Assembly (NCBI GenBank): GCA_963752285.1
Contig: CAVVXN010000001.1
Span: forward strand, 32,001-96,000
Direction: 5' to 3'
From: an uncultured Planctomycetota bacterium
Lineage (GTDB): Bacteria; Planctomycetota; PLA2; JAEUHO01
Length of the DNA stretch: 64,000 nt
Below, piece by piece: positions 39,847 through 49,796 of this stretch. How positions within the stretch are numbered: the first letter of the stretch is position 1; every line of letters begins with the position of its first letter. The translations under genes were made by a program, and so were the position numbers. The notes below the pieces were generated by a model that saw only the letters and a list, made by a program, of their open reading frames with translations, made no database searches and had not been told where the DNA came from.

Positions 39847-41244
39847 TCAGCGCGGCGTCGCTTCGGGGGGAGGAGGAGGCGGCGGCGGCGGCGGGACCGG
39901 AGTCGAACGCGGCGCGCCGGGCGTCGGGCGGACGACCGGCGGCCCGGACTCCGCCGGCGGGGTGGGGCAGGGGCACGGCGGCTTCGCCGGCGCGCCGTCC
40001 TCCTTCTCCTCGAGCCGCTCGAGCTCGGAGGGCGGCGTGATGATGTGGAACTCGCTCGTCTTCCTCACGATCGTCGGCGTCAGCATGAAGACGAGCTCGG
40101 TCTTGACCTTCGTCTCGTTCGTGCGGGTGAAGAGCTGGCCCAGGAGGGGGATCTCGGAGAGCAGCGGCGTCTTCGCCTTGTCCCTCACGTTGAGGTTCGT
40201 GTAGAGGCCACCGATCACGAGTGTCTCGCCGTCGCCGAGCGTCACCGTCGTCTTCGCGCTGCGCGTGGTTTGCACGGGCTGGAGCGTGCCGCCGGTGGTC
40301 GCCGAGAGGCCCTCGACCCCCTGCACCTGGGGGTTGATGTCGAGCGTGACGAACGACTCGCCGATGTGCGTCGCGGTGACCGTCAGGTGGACGCCCGTGT
40401 TCAACGTGGACGCCTTGTACGACGTGTTCGTCAGGTCGGCTCGCTCGAAGATGTTCACCTGCCGGACCTCTTGCGTCGTGACGTCGGCCGGCACGCCCTG
40501 CGTGCAGATGATCGAAGGCTTCGAGAGCACCTCCGCCTTCCCCTCGAGCTGCATCGCCTCGAGGCTCAGGTCGGCGAGGCCGTAGTGCCCGGCGGTCTTC
40601 GCCACGAACCCGAAGAGAAGGCTCGTGCCCTGGAACGGCAGTCCGCCCGGGAGCTGCGAGCCGATGTACGCGGGCGGGCTCAGGATCGCGTCGGCGCCCC
40701 GGAAGAGGGTGTCCGGACCGGCCTTGTCGCGGTTCCAGAGGTAGTCCAGACCGAACTCGAAGTTCGACTCGTACGTGATCTCGATGACCTTCGCCTCGAT
40801 GAAGACCTGCGGCTTCGACACGTCGAAGTAGGCGGCGGCCTGCACGGCCAGCTCCACGTCGTCGGGAAGCCCGTCGATCAGGAGCACGTTCTGCTGGAAG
40901 TCCTTGAGCGTCACCCCGGGCACGGGGAGGAGCTGCGTCAAGCTCGTCAACAGCTCCTTCGCCGAGACGAAGTTGGTCCGGTAGAAGAAGAGGATCTTTC
41001 CGTCCGGCTTCTGGATGACGCCGTCCTGGGGGAACGCGAGCGGCGGAGGCGACTCGGCCGGCGGCGCGGACGGGGCGGCCGGCGCGGACGCCGGAGCCGG
41101 CGGGGTGGCGGGGGGGACGGGAGGCGCGGCCGCCGGCGCGGCGGCGGGTCCGTCGGCCCGCGCGTCGGGCAGGTGCCACGTCACCGACAGGAGCGCGAGG
41201 ACGCAGGCGGTCCGGAGACCCAGGCGACGACGAAGAGGGATCAC
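39847..41244 (-). CDS. Secretin (GspD/PilQ family)
   Basis: QVFIEAKVIE, AEVLSKPSI, TGVHLTV, GETLVIGGL, KTPLLSEIPLLGQLF, TELVFMLTPTI; start uncertain (41244 or 41283). Confidence 0.9.
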   Translation of the reverse strand: MIPLRRRLGLRTACVLALLSVTWHLPDARADGPAAAPAAAPPVPPATPPAPASAPAAPSAPPAESPPPLAFPQDGVIQKPDGKILFFYRTNFVSAKELLTSLTQLLPVPGVTLKDFQQNVLLIDGLPDDVELAVQAAAYFDVSKPQVFIEAKVIEITYESNFEFGLDYLWNRDKAGPDTLFRGADAILSPPAYIGSQLPGGLPFQGTSLLFGFVAKTAGHYGLADLSLEAMQLEGKAEVLSKPSIICTQGVPADVTTQEVRQVNIFERADLTNTSYKASTLNTGVHLTVTATHIGESFVTLDINPQVQGVEGLSATTGGTLQPVQTTRSAKTTVTLGDGETLVIGGLYTNLNVRDKAKTPLLSEIPLLGQLFTRTNETKVKTELVFMLTPTIVRKTSEFHIITPPSELERLEEKEDGAPAKPPCPCPTPPAESGPPVVRPTPGAPRSTPVPPPPPPPPPPEATPR

Positions 41245-41558
41245 GGCTTCGGCCTCCGGCTCGGTTGCTCCACCGTGGACCATCGGTCGAACCGCGGGCC
41301 GCACGCAGCGCGGACGCGCCGACCTGCCGTCAAACCGCCGCCCTCCGCCGCTCGGCCCTCCCGGGCGTAATGAACCCGTCAAGGGAATCGGCCAGGTTCC
41401 GCCACCCGCCCTCGCCGCGCGGTCGCGTTGCCGCGGGCCGCGTCGTGGCTACAATCCCCGGCGCCCCGCGCCCCCGGGAGGGGGGCGCTCCGACCCGACG
41501 GGTCGCCTCGGTGGGGCGCGAGGCGTCGTCGAGGTTCGCTCTCCCGCGGGAGGATGGA

Positions 41559-42893
41559 ATGGCCGAGACCGTGGACACGGGTCTGTTGCCGCGCACCTAC
41601 TTCAAGGCGCCCCGGGTGCCCTTCGACTTCCGGGGTGTGGCCCTGGCCATCCTGGGCTACCTGGTCTTCTGGGCCGGCGGCCTGCTCCTCTCGGAGATCT
41701 TCGGCAAGCAGGACGTCCCCGGCGCCTTCCTGCTCGCCGCCCAGAGCCTCTTCGCCGGCATCCCCTTCATCGGGGACGTGATCGGCCGGTTCCTGCACGA
41801 CGTCTTCCAGGTCCACGCGACGAACCTCGACGACTACACCTTCTGGCACCAGCTCGTCGGCGGCGTGTGGTTCTTCCTCGTGTGGTCGTTCTTCGGCCAG
41901 GCGGTCCACCGGATCGTGTCGCTCCGGATCGCCCGGGACGAGGGCCTGAGCCTCGTCGAGGCGCTCAAGTTCGCCGCGAAGAACTGGCTGACGGTCCTCA
42001 TCGCGCCCGTGATCGTGGGCCTCGCGATGGCCTTCTTCTACTTCTGCAACACGGCGGGCGGCGCCGTGGTCTCGATCCCGGTCCTCGGCGAGGTCCTGGG
42101 CCTCGTGATCATCCCGCTCCAGGTGATCTCGACGCTCCTCCTCCTGCTGATCGGCCTGGGCGGCATCTTCGGCCTCCCGCTCATCGGGGCCGCCGCGGCC
42201 TGGGAGCGGAACGGAAGCCTCGATGCGATCAGCCGCGCGTTCTCGTACGTCTTCGCGCGCCCCCTCCAGTTCTTCTGGAACTACTTCCTGATCTTCCTCT
42301 TCATCGGGGTGATCCTGCTGGTGGGTAGCTGGTTCATCGGCACGCTCAGCGCGTCGTCCGATCTCGGGATCTGGAACAAGGACCTCTCGATGGCGGCCGG
42401 CCCGCCGATGACGCCCGAGCAGGAGCGCTCCCTCTCCAACGAGGACCAGCAGCACTACGCGACGCTCCGCGAGAGCACGAAGCGGGTCGTACCCCCGGCG
42501 CGGAGCTTCCAGGCGGTGCTCCACGCGCCGTGGACGCAGATCGTCAACGTCTTCATGTACTGGGTCTTCTACAACCTCATCTGGCTCGGCATCTTCGGCT
42601 ACGCCCTCTACTGGTTCCTGGGGGCGTCCACGTGCGTCTACGCCGACCTCCGCGCCGACGTGGACGGCACCGAAGAGGACGAGATCTACCTCGAGGAGGA
42701 AGAAGAGGACTTCGACGCGTTCTCCGAGGCCGTGGACCGCGCGGAGCCCGAGACCCAGACCGCCACGCCCCCGGCCGCGCCCGAAGCCCCGGCGACGGGG
42801 TCCGAGACGACGCCCCCTCCGTCCGACGGCGGGAGCGCGTCCGAGGGCGGCGAGACGCCGCCGGCCCCCGAGGGCGAGAAGAGCGACACGTAG
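41559..42893 (+). CDS. Polytopic membrane protein with acidic tail
   Basis: Multiple TM helices; RBS before ATG 41559. Confidence 0.85.
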   Translation: MAETVDTGLLPRTYFKAPRVPFDFRGVALAILGYLVFWAGGLLLSEIFGKQDVPGAFLLAAQSLFAGIPFIGDVIGRFLHDVFQVHATNLDDYTFWHQLVGGVWFFLVWSFFGQAVHRIVSLRIARDEGLSLVEALKFAAKNWLTVLIAPVIVGLAMAFFYFCNTAGGAVVSIPVLGEVLGLVIIPLQVISTLLLLLIGLGGIFGLPLIGAAAAWERNGSLDAISRAFSYVFARPLQFFWNYFLIFLFIGVILLVGSWFIGTLSASSDLGIWNKDLSMAAGPPMTPEQERSLSNEDQQHYATLRESTKRVVPPARSFQAVLHAPWTQIVNVFMYWVFYNLIWLGIFGYALYWFLGASTCVYADLRADVDGTEEDEIYLEEEEEDFDAFSEAVDRAEPETQTATPPAAPEAPATGSETTPPPSDGGSASEGGETPPAPEGEKSDT

Positions 42894-42903
42894 GACGACG
42901 CGG

Positions 42904-42936
42904 TGTGGACCGCGCGGGGGCCCCGCGCGGTCCACA
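42904..42936. terminator. Hairpin between convergent genes
   Basis: TGTGGACCGCGCGGGG/CCCCGCGCGGTCCACA inverted repeat. Confidence 0.7.
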
Positions 42937-42989
42937 TCTCACGCCCGACGGGAGGACGCCGGTCGGGTCGGCGCACGCGCCGAACGCGC

Positions 42990-43769
42990 TCAGACCGCGA
43001 AGAGCTCGGCCTTCCGCGAGCCGAGGAGCTCGCGCAGCCGCCGGATCACCTTCGAGTGGATCTGGCAGACGCGGCTCTCGGTGAGCCTCAGCATGCCCGC
43101 GATCTCGCGCATCGAGAGGCCGTCGTAGTAGTAGTGCTCGATGACGAACCGCTCCTTGTCGTTCAGGGAGCGGAACAGCACGTCGCGGACCATGCGCTTC
43201 TGCTGGGCGAAGTGCGGGTCTTCGGCGCGGCGGTCGCCGACCAGGTCGAGCATGCGCCCGCCGGTCTCGCCGTCGTCCTCGGTCGCGTCCTCGTTCAAGG
43301 AGAGCATCGAGGTGGGGTTCGCTTCGCGGCGAATCCGCTCGTACTCCTCCATCGAGACCTGCAGCGCCTCGGCCATCTCGGGGTCGGTCGGCTCGCGGCC
43401 GAGCTCGCCGTAGAGGCGGCGGAGGGTGCGATCCACGAGGTTCGTCCGCAGACGGACGAGGCGCGGCACCCAGTCGTTCGTGCGGAGGCTGTCGAGGATG
43501 GCGCCGCGGATCCGCGCGGTGCAGTACGTCTTGAACTGGATCCCGCGGCTCGTGTCGAAGCGGTCGATCGCCTCGATCAGGCCGAAGGTGCCCATGCTGA
43601 CGAGATCGTCCACCTCGACGCTCGCGGGCAGGGTCGAGACCATCCGCTCGGCCAGGTACTTGACCAGCGGAAAGTAGGCCTCGATCAGGAGGGCCTTCAC
43701 CGCGGGCGTCTTGCGCTCGCGGTAGGCGTCCCAGAGGTGCTTGTGATCGGCGTCCCGGATCTTCTTCAT
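42990..43769 (-). CDS. fliA: FliA/WhiG-family sigma-28 factor
   Basis: DDLVSMG.FGLIEAIDRFD, RIRGAILDSLR..DWVPR, LTESRVCQIHSK. Confidence 0.9.
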   Translation of the reverse strand: MKKIRDADHKHLWDAYRERKTPAVKALLIEAYFPLVKYLAERMVSTLPASVEVDDLVSMGTFGLIEAIDRFDTSRGIQFKTYCTARIRGAILDSLRTNDWVPRLVRLRTNLVDRTLRRLYGELGREPTDPEMAEALQVSMEEYERIRREANPTSMLSLNEDATEDDGETGGRMLDLVGDRRAEDPHFAQQKRMVRDVLFRSLNDKERFVIEHYYYDGLSMREIAGMLRLTESRVCQIHSKVIRRLRELLGSRKAELFAV

Positions 43770-44106
43770 CGCTCGTGCTCCGTGCTTCCACCACGTGGAC
43801 CCTGCAGCGCGGAAGGCCCACGGGGCACGGCGTCGTGCACCCGAGAGCGCGGCTTGGCAGCCCGGCCGCCTTCCCAAGGAAGGCCCGTGGCTTTGCGTCC
43901 CCCGGTCACCCGGGGTTTGCCCGTTCATCCACGCCACGATGGGAAAGACCTCAACGCCCCGAGGAGCGTCGCCGCGTTCCTTTGGGGAACTGTTCAGCGG
44001 CCGAGGAACCCTAGCCCAACGGGACGACCTGGCCAGTCGTGTCGAACGAAAAAAACGTCAAGTCCCCTCGGGACGTCGTAACCCGAGCTCGGAGAACGAG
44101 TTGTGT

Positions 44107-44988
44107 TCATCGCCCTCGCGCCGTTCGCGCTTCCGGCCCCGTCCGACCGGTCGTCGCGACCCGCCGGACCCGGAGGTCCGGGGGCGCGCCGGCGAGAAGC
44201 ACGTCGCCCGAGGGTAGGGTCTTGTCTCGGGCCGCGCCGAGATCCACCGCGACCACGATCGTCGCCTCCTGGGAGGCCGGAGCCTCCGCGAGCACCTCGC
44301 CCCGCGGCCCCGCGACGAGGCTCGCCCCCGTGAAGGCGAGGGCCGGGCGCGGCGGCCGGTGCTCGGTGCCCACCCGGTTGGCCGTCACGGTGAACACCCC
44401 GTTCTCGAGCGCGCGGACGGGCATCGCCCGCTGGCACCACGGCAGCACCAGGTTGCTCGGGTGGGCGATCACGTCGGCGCCGGCGCGCGCGAGGGCGCGG
44501 GCCACCTCCGGGTGGATCCAGTCGAAGCAGATCATCACACCGACCCGCATGCCGGCGTGCTCGACCAGAACCAGGTCGCCCGAGCCCGACGCGAACGCCT
44601 CGGGCTCGAACCCGAACAGGTGGGTCTTGCGGTACGAGGCGAGGGCCCGCCCCGCCGCCGCGACGCCGGCTGCGTTGTAGACCGCGGTGCCGTCCCGCTC
44701 GGCGAACCCGCCCACGACGACGCCACCCGTCCGCCGGCTCGCCTCGACGAGCCACCGACCGGTCGGGCCGTGAGGCCACGGCTCGGCGAGGCGCGTCATC
44801 TCGCCGGCGTCGCGAAACGCGTACCCGGTCGAGAAGAGCTCGGGGAGCACCACGAGGTCCGGGGGACGGTCCGTGGCGGCGTGCGCCTCGAGCTCGGTGA
44901 GGCGCTCCAAGGCGCGTGCGAGGTTCGTCTCGACCTCGCCGAAGACGGGCGCGGTCTGCAGGCACGCGAGGCGCTTCGTATCGGGCAT
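44107..44988 (-). CDS. Nitrilase-family carbon-nitrogen hydrolase
   Basis: VLPELF, YRKTHLF, ICFD catalytic E-K-C triad. Confidence 0.9.
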   Translation of the reverse strand: MPDTKRLACLQTAPVFGEVETNLARALERLTELEAHAATDRPPDLVVLPELFSTGYAFRDAGEMTRLAEPWPHGPTGRWLVEASRRTGGVVVGGFAERDGTAVYNAAGVAAAGRALASYRKTHLFGFEPEAFASGSGDLVLVEHAGMRVGVMICFDWIHPEVARALARAGADVIAHPSNLVLPWCQRAMPVRALENGVFTVTANRVGTEHRPPRPALAFTGASLVAGPRGEVLAEAPASQEATIVVAVDLGAARDKTLPSGDVLLAGAPPDLRVRRVATTGRTGPEARTARGR

Positions 44989-44997
44989 GCCCCGAGG

Positions 44998-46077
44998 CTA
45001 CTTCTCGCCGGAATGCTTGTCGTCGGGGTGGCCCGGCGCGCCGGGCCCGTGTCCACGGCCCGGGCCGCCGCGCGGACCGCGGCCCGGCCCCGGTCCCGGT
45101 CCCGCTCCGGGCTCGCCGGGGGGACCCGGCGGCCCCGCGAGGCCGAGCGCGCGTTCGAGCGCCTGTCCGAGGCGACGGGCCGCGTCGCGGAGCGCCGGGT
45201 CGCGGTCGAGGAACGGGCGCGCGTCGCGGAGCGCGTCGCGCAGGTGAAGCAGCCGCTCCCTCCGTTCGCGGAGGGCGTAGCCGTTCAGGGATTCCGGGTC
45301 GGCCACCGCCTTCTCGAGCTCCTCCATCGCCTCCTGGAAGGCCTCGGGCTCGGCCTCGCGGAGACGGTCGCCGATCGCACGGAGCGCGTCCTCGTCTCCG
45401 GGATCGACGGGCGCGAGTCCCTGGTGCAGGCGGATCATCTCGCGGCCGAAGACGAAGTGGGCGAGGCGTCGCCGGGCGCCCGCGTCGCCAGACGACGCGC
45501 GCTCGCGGAGCGTCGCGAGTCTGCGCTGGACGAGCGCCGGCAGGTCGCTCGGGATCTCGATCGTGCTCGGATCGGCGGTGGCGTGACGCTTCACGCACGC
45601 CTCCCAGAAGTGGTGGAAGAACACGGCCTCGAGGTCCGGTCGGCTGTCGGCCGGGAGGTTCTTCTCGATCGCGGACCGCGCCTCCTCGGGGAGCGCGGCA
45701 AGGAGCGACAGTCCGAGCGCGTGCACGAGCAGCCCCCGCTGGCGCATCGCGTCGCGCGCCGCGGGGTTGCGAAGCCCCTCCATCCCGGGGAGCCGGCCGA
45801 GCCGTTCGCGGTGACGCTCGAGCTCGCGCATCCGCGTCTCGAGCCGCGCCCGCTCCTCGGGTCCGAGCGAGCGGAGGCGGATCACGTTCTTCGCGATGTG
45901 CTCCCGCTGCTCGGCGGGGAGGGTCGCCCAGCCCGGGACGCGCTCGGTCAGCGTCTGGACCTCCGCAGGCGTCAGGCGGTCGAGCGCGCCCGGCTCGTCG
46001 GCGCGGGCCGGTCGGGCCGCGACGAGGACGACCAGGAGGAAGAGCGGCAGGAGGGGAAGGAGACGTCGCGGGAACAT
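44998..46077 (-). CDS. Exported helical hypothetical protein in the ECF operon
   Basis: Signal peptide; W..LP.EQRE motifs; coupled to the anti-sigma gene. Confidence 0.7.
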   Translation of the reverse strand: MFPRRLLPLLPLFLLVVLVAARPARADEPGALDRLTPAEVQTLTERVPGWATLPAEQREHIAKNVIRLRSLGPEERARLETRMRELERHRERLGRLPGMEGLRNPAARDAMRQRGLLVHALGLSLLAALPEEARSAIEKNLPADSRPDLEAVFFHHFWEACVKRHATADPSTIEIPSDLPALVQRRLATLRERASSGDAGARRRLAHFVFGREMIRLHQGLAPVDPGDEDALRAIGDRLREAEPEAFQEAMEELEKAVADPESLNGYALRERRERLLHLRDALRDARPFLDRDPALRDAARRLGQALERALGLAGPPGPPGEPGAGPGPGPGRGPRGGPGRGHGPGAPGHPDDKHSGEK

Positions 46078-46078
46078 G

Positions 46079-46597
46079 TCAGGGCTTTTCGAGGTCGGCG
46101 ATCAGCACGCCCTCGAACTCCTCGTCCGAGAGCGACAGGAGCACGTCCACGTCTTCGAGCAGGTCCGGCGGGACCTCGGCGAGGTCCACCGGTGCCCGCT
46201 GCGCACTCGCCTGCTCGGACACCGCGTCGTCCGTCGTCGGGCCCGACACCGTGAGCGCGTGGATCCCGAGCGCCAGACCCGCCGTCACGACCGCCGCGGC
46301 GGCGACGAGGAGCAGCGGGCGCGCGCGTCGCCGTCTCCCCAGGGCGCCGTCGAGAACGCGACGCGAGAACCCCTCGGGAACGGGCTCGTCCCCGTAGAGG
46401 TCGAGGAGGTCCCACAGCCGGCGCAGGTGCTCCACCTCGCGGAGCGCGTCGGGGTTCTGGTCGAGCCACGACGTCACGTGACGCGCGGCGTCGGGCGAGA
46501 GCTCCCCGTCGAGGTAGGCCGAGATCACCTCGAGCCGACGCTCGGAGTCGAGCAGGTCGAGGCGCGACGCCTCGGGGTCGAAGGAAGGGCCACTCAT
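46079..46597 (-). CDS. Anti-sigma factor
   Basis: ISAYLDGELS motif plus TM; follows the ECF sigma. Confidence 0.8.
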   Translation of the reverse strand: MSGPSFDPEASRLDLLDSERRLEVISAYLDGELSPDAARHVTSWLDQNPDALREVEHLRRLWDLLDLYGDEPVPEGFSRRVLDGALGRRRRARPLLLVAAAAVVTAGLALGIHALTVSGPTTDDAVSEQASAQRAPVDLAEVPPDLLEDVDVLLSLSDEEFEGVLIADLEKP

Positions 46598-47253
46598 GGT
46601 TCGCTCCTGAAACGCGCCTGGCCGTCGAGCAGCGCGTCGGCGTCGTCGCCGGACGCGTCCGCCTCGACCAGGTCCCGGAGGCTTCGCTTGAGGTTCTGGC
46701 GTGCGCGCGTCAAGAGGGACTTGACCGCGGGCACGGTGGTCGAGAGCGTCTCCGCCACGTCCTCGTACGAGCAGTGGTGGTAGCGCGCCAGGACGAGCGC
46801 GAGACGCTGCTGCTCGGGCAGGCGATCCACCGCGGCGCGCACGCGCGCGGCGGCCTCCGCCGCCTCGAGGCTGTCGTGGGCCTCTTCGCCGCTCGGTCCG
46901 GCCGGATCGGCGCGGCCCGCCCCGTCGCCGTCCCCGAAGACGGCGGTGAAGGAGACCACGCTCCGGTTCTTCCGGGAGCGGAGTCGGCGGATCTCGTTGA
47001 GGCAGGCGTTCACGGTGACGCTGTAGAGCCAGGTCTTGAACTTGGCCCGGGGCTCGTACCCGTCCCGGCCCCGGTAGACGCGGAGGAACACTTCCTGCGC
47101 GACGTCCTCGACCCCCGCCGCGCGGGAGCCGAGGTAGCGCCGCGCGAGCCCGAGGACGAGTCCCTGGTACTTGTGGATCAGGACCTCGAACGCGTGCTCG
47201 TCGCCCCCCTGGAAGCGCTGCATCAGGACCTGATCGACGTCGGGCGTGCTCAT
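46594..47253 (-). CDS. ECF sigma factor
   Basis: GDEHAFE.L, EDVAQEVFLRV, FKTWLY, LPEQQR..L.L...SYEDVA..VKSLL.RAR. Confidence 0.93.
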   Translation of the reverse strand: MSTPDVDQVLMQRFQGGDEHAFEVLIHKYQGLVLGLARRYLGSRAAGVEDVAQEVFLRVYRGRDGYEPRAKFKTWLYSVTVNACLNEIRRLRSRKNRSVVSFTAVFGDGDGAGRADPAGPSGEEAHDSLEAAEAAARVRAAVDRLPEQQRLALVLARYHHCSYEDVAETLSTTVPAVKSLLTRARQNLKRSLRDLVEADASGDDADALLDGQARFRSEP

Positions 47254-47333
47254 GCAGCCTCTCGGGGTCCCCTTGAACCCCGCCGGGGGCCTCGAGTCGT
47301 GCCCGGGGCGGGGCCCGGGGCGGGGCCCGGCGG

Positions 47334-48917
47334 CTACCGGACCGAACCTACCCGGCCCGGCGGCCAGACCCGGAAGATCACGGGCCCGATGAGCTCGGAG
47401 ATGGGGATCGGGCCGAAGTCGGTGAACCGGCTGTCGTGGCTGTCCGCGCTGTTGTCCCCCAAGACGAAGATCGAGCCCTTCGGAATCCGGAACGCGTACG
47501 AGGCCGGGTCTTCGTCCCCGTCGGAGGGGGCGACCGCGAGGTTCCCGATCTGCGTGTAGTGGAGGTCCTCGTCGAGCGACAGGGAGAAGGGCCGGGCGGC
47601 GCCGCCCGTCCGAACCTCGGGCCGTACCCAGGCCCCCGGGGGCGGCGCGTCGCCCGCCGGGAGGGCCCGCGAGAACCCCTGGCCGCCGGCGTTCGCCGTG
47701 ACGATCCCGTCCACGAGGTCCAGCTCCAGGCGGACCCGGCCGGAGGCGACGCCCGGGGTCCTCGCGATCCATCGGGCGTTTCCCCCGCGCTGGACCTCGA
47801 GGCGCGCGCCCTCGTCGCTCACCTCGAGCGAGAGGCTGGCGACCGACTCGTCCTTCCCCCGGAGGAAGTAGAGGAGGTCGAGGGACACCGTGGAGCCGGC
47901 CGGACGGTCCGCGAGGAGCGAGAGGTATACGTCGCGGAGCGGCACGTCCCGCGCCCGTGCCTGTCCTCCGGACCGCCCCCCCCACGCGAACAGGGTGGGG
48001 CCCACGTAGACGAGGGCCTTCCCCCCGTCCGCGCTCGGGTCCCCGGCCCACTCGCGAGCGTCCTCGGCTCGGTCGAATCGCCACGTCCGGTAGGGGCGGC
48101 GCAGCGCGGCCGAGAGCTCGGGCGGCTTCCGCGCTACGCGGCCGTCCACGTAGACGTCGCCGCCGACGAGGGCGATCGCCTCGCCGCCGAGGCCCGCCAC
48201 CCGCTTCACGTACGTCACGCCGTTGCGCTCGAACGTGACGATCCTCCAGCGCTCCGGCTCGTCGCCCCCGCCGGGCTTCAGGACCACGACGCGGTCGCCG
48301 ACGAGCAGCGTCTCCTCCATGCTCCCCGACGGGATCACGAAGACCTCGACCACGAACGCCTTCACGAGGAAGTAGGCCACGATCGCGCCGAGGATCCACG
48401 GCGCCTCGTGCCACACGAGCTTCTTCACGACATCGCCCGCGCCCTCGGCGAAGAGCACCGTCCGCCGCCCGCGGTCCACCCGGCGGAGCAGGGCGCGGAC
48501 CGCGCGGGGCGCGCCGAACGCGCGGCGCGCGCCCGCGTGGTCCAGGGCGGCGAGGTGCGCGCGGACGTCCGCCTGGATCCGGGCGCGCGCTTCGCGGTCG
48601 CGCACGGCCGAGGCCACGCGCCGCGCGGTCCTCGCGGCGGGACCTTCAGCCGGCGGCGGCGGGAGATCGGGCGCCGGCGCCGGCCGGCGGGGGGCCTTCG
48701 CGTAGCGCACGAGCCCGTGGCTCGAGACCCCCGCGAGCGCGACGTCGCCGGCCCGGACGAGCGCGTGGAGCAGCGGGTGGAGGAAGCCCTCGCGACCGCG
48801 GAGCAGCCATGCGACGCGCGAGCGCAACGCGTCGCGCAGCTCGATCGCGTCCTTCGGACCCGACGCCAGGGCGTCGAGGACGGCCTGCCGCATCCGTTCG
48901 TCGCCGAGCGAGATCAT
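47334..48917 (-). CDS. lepB: Signal peptidase I with an N-terminal PadR-like wHTH extension
   Basis: IPSGSMEETL.VGDRV, YVKRV.G, FVLGDN..DS.DSR; N-terminal L.AL..GP....EL...EG.L.PLL..L...G. Confidence 0.85.
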   Translation of the reverse strand: MISLGDERMRQAVLDALASGPKDAIELRDALRSRVAWLLRGREGFLHPLLHALVRAGDVALAGVSSHGLVRYAKAPRRPAPAPDLPPPPAEGPAARTARRVASAVRDREARARIQADVRAHLAALDHAGARRAFGAPRAVRALLRRVDRGRRTVLFAEGAGDVVKKLVWHEAPWILGAIVAYFLVKAFVVEVFVIPSGSMEETLLVGDRVVVLKPGGGDEPERWRIVTFERNGVTYVKRVAGLGGEAIALVGGDVYVDGRVARKPPELSAALRRPYRTWRFDRAEDAREWAGDPSADGGKALVYVGPTLFAWGGRSGGQARARDVPLRDVYLSLLADRPAGSTVSLDLLYFLRGKDESVASLSLEVSDEGARLEVQRGGNARWIARTPGVASGRVRLELDLVDGIVTANAGGQGFSRALPAGDAPPPGAWVRPEVRTGGAARPFSLSLDEDLHYTQIGNLAVAPSDGDEDPASYAFRIPKGSIFVLGDNSADSHDSRFTDFGPIPISELIGPVIFRVWPPGRVGSVR

Positions 48918-48918
48918 G

Positions 48919-49149
48919 TCAACGCAACGCCACGAACGCGAGGGCCAGGACGAGCGCCACGAGGATCAGGATGACGGCCGTGACCGGAGGCGCAGCGCGC
49001 GGCGCGCCCTCGGCGTCGAGCTCGCGCGTGACGAAGTCCTCGTACGCGTCGTCGTCGAGGTGCGTGGACGGGAGGTCGTCGAAGTCCTCGTCCTCCTCGC
49101 CGTCGGGCCCCTCGACGTCGGGTTCTTCGACGTCGAAGGGCACGCTCAC
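48919..49149 (-). CDS. Small acidic membrane protein
   Basis: Fills the gap between HNH and lepB; C-terminal TM. Confidence 0.6.
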   Translation of the reverse strand: MSVPFDVEEPDVEGPDGEEDEDFDDLPSTHLDDDAYEDFVTRELDAEGAPRAAPPVTAVILILVALVLALAFVALR

Positions 49150-49727
49150 GTCCCCACCTGTCGCTGCCACCGGGACGGGAGGAACCGGAGCCACGTCGTG
49201 CGGCCGGAGAGCACCTCGGGATCGAATCCGCCCGGCCACGTCGGTTCGCCCGGCGTGGCACGGAGCCGGAGTCCCGCCTCGCGCGCGGTGCGGTCGGCCT
49301 TCTTGGCGTTGCAGTCGAGGCACGCCGTCACGCAGTTGTCCCAGGACGACCGGCCACCTCTCGATCTTGGGATGACATGGTCGATGGTCAGGTGCTCGGA
49401 GCGCGGACGCTTTCCGCAGTACTGGCAGCGGAAGGCGTCGCGTCGGTACACGTTGCGGCGTGTGAAGGCGACGGGGATCTCGGGGACGTCGTTGTAGCCG
49501 TGGAGGACGATCACCTCGGGGATGGGGAAGTCGAACCCGACCGAGCGGACGCGCCCCCCCTCGTAGGAGCCGCGATCGACCCAGACGGCCCAGTCGGCGA
49601 CCTCGAACGTCTCGGGATGCACCGCTCCCGCGATCCCGCGCGCCATGAGCAGGACGGCCCGGCGGACCGTCGTGGTCGAGATCGGGACCCAGGAGCGGTT
49701 CAGCACGAGGGAACGCCCGTCGAGCAT
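49146..49727 (-). CDS. HNH endonuclease
   Basis: LVLN, RRNVYRRD.F.CQYCG, LTIDHVIPRSRGG..SW.NCV.AC..CN. Confidence 0.93.
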   Translation of the reverse strand: MLDGRSLVLNRSWVPISTTTVRRAVLLMARGIAGAVHPETFEVADWAVWVDRGSYEGGRVRSVGFDFPIPEVIVLHGYNDVPEIPVAFTRRNVYRRDAFRCQYCGKRPRSEHLTIDHVIPRSRGGRSSWDNCVTACLDCNAKKADRTAREAGLRLRATPGEPTWPGGFDPEVLSGRTTWLRFLPSRWQRQVGT

Positions 49728-49796
49728 GGGCAGGATGGTACCGGCGGGACGGGGCAACTCCAGCCCCCGGGTCCCGCGGAGGTGGGCGCCGGTCGG

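Noticed and set aside
49146..49727. HNH gene as a mobile or defence element
   Set aside because: Common stand-alone HNH type embedded in a housekeeping operon with host-like GC.
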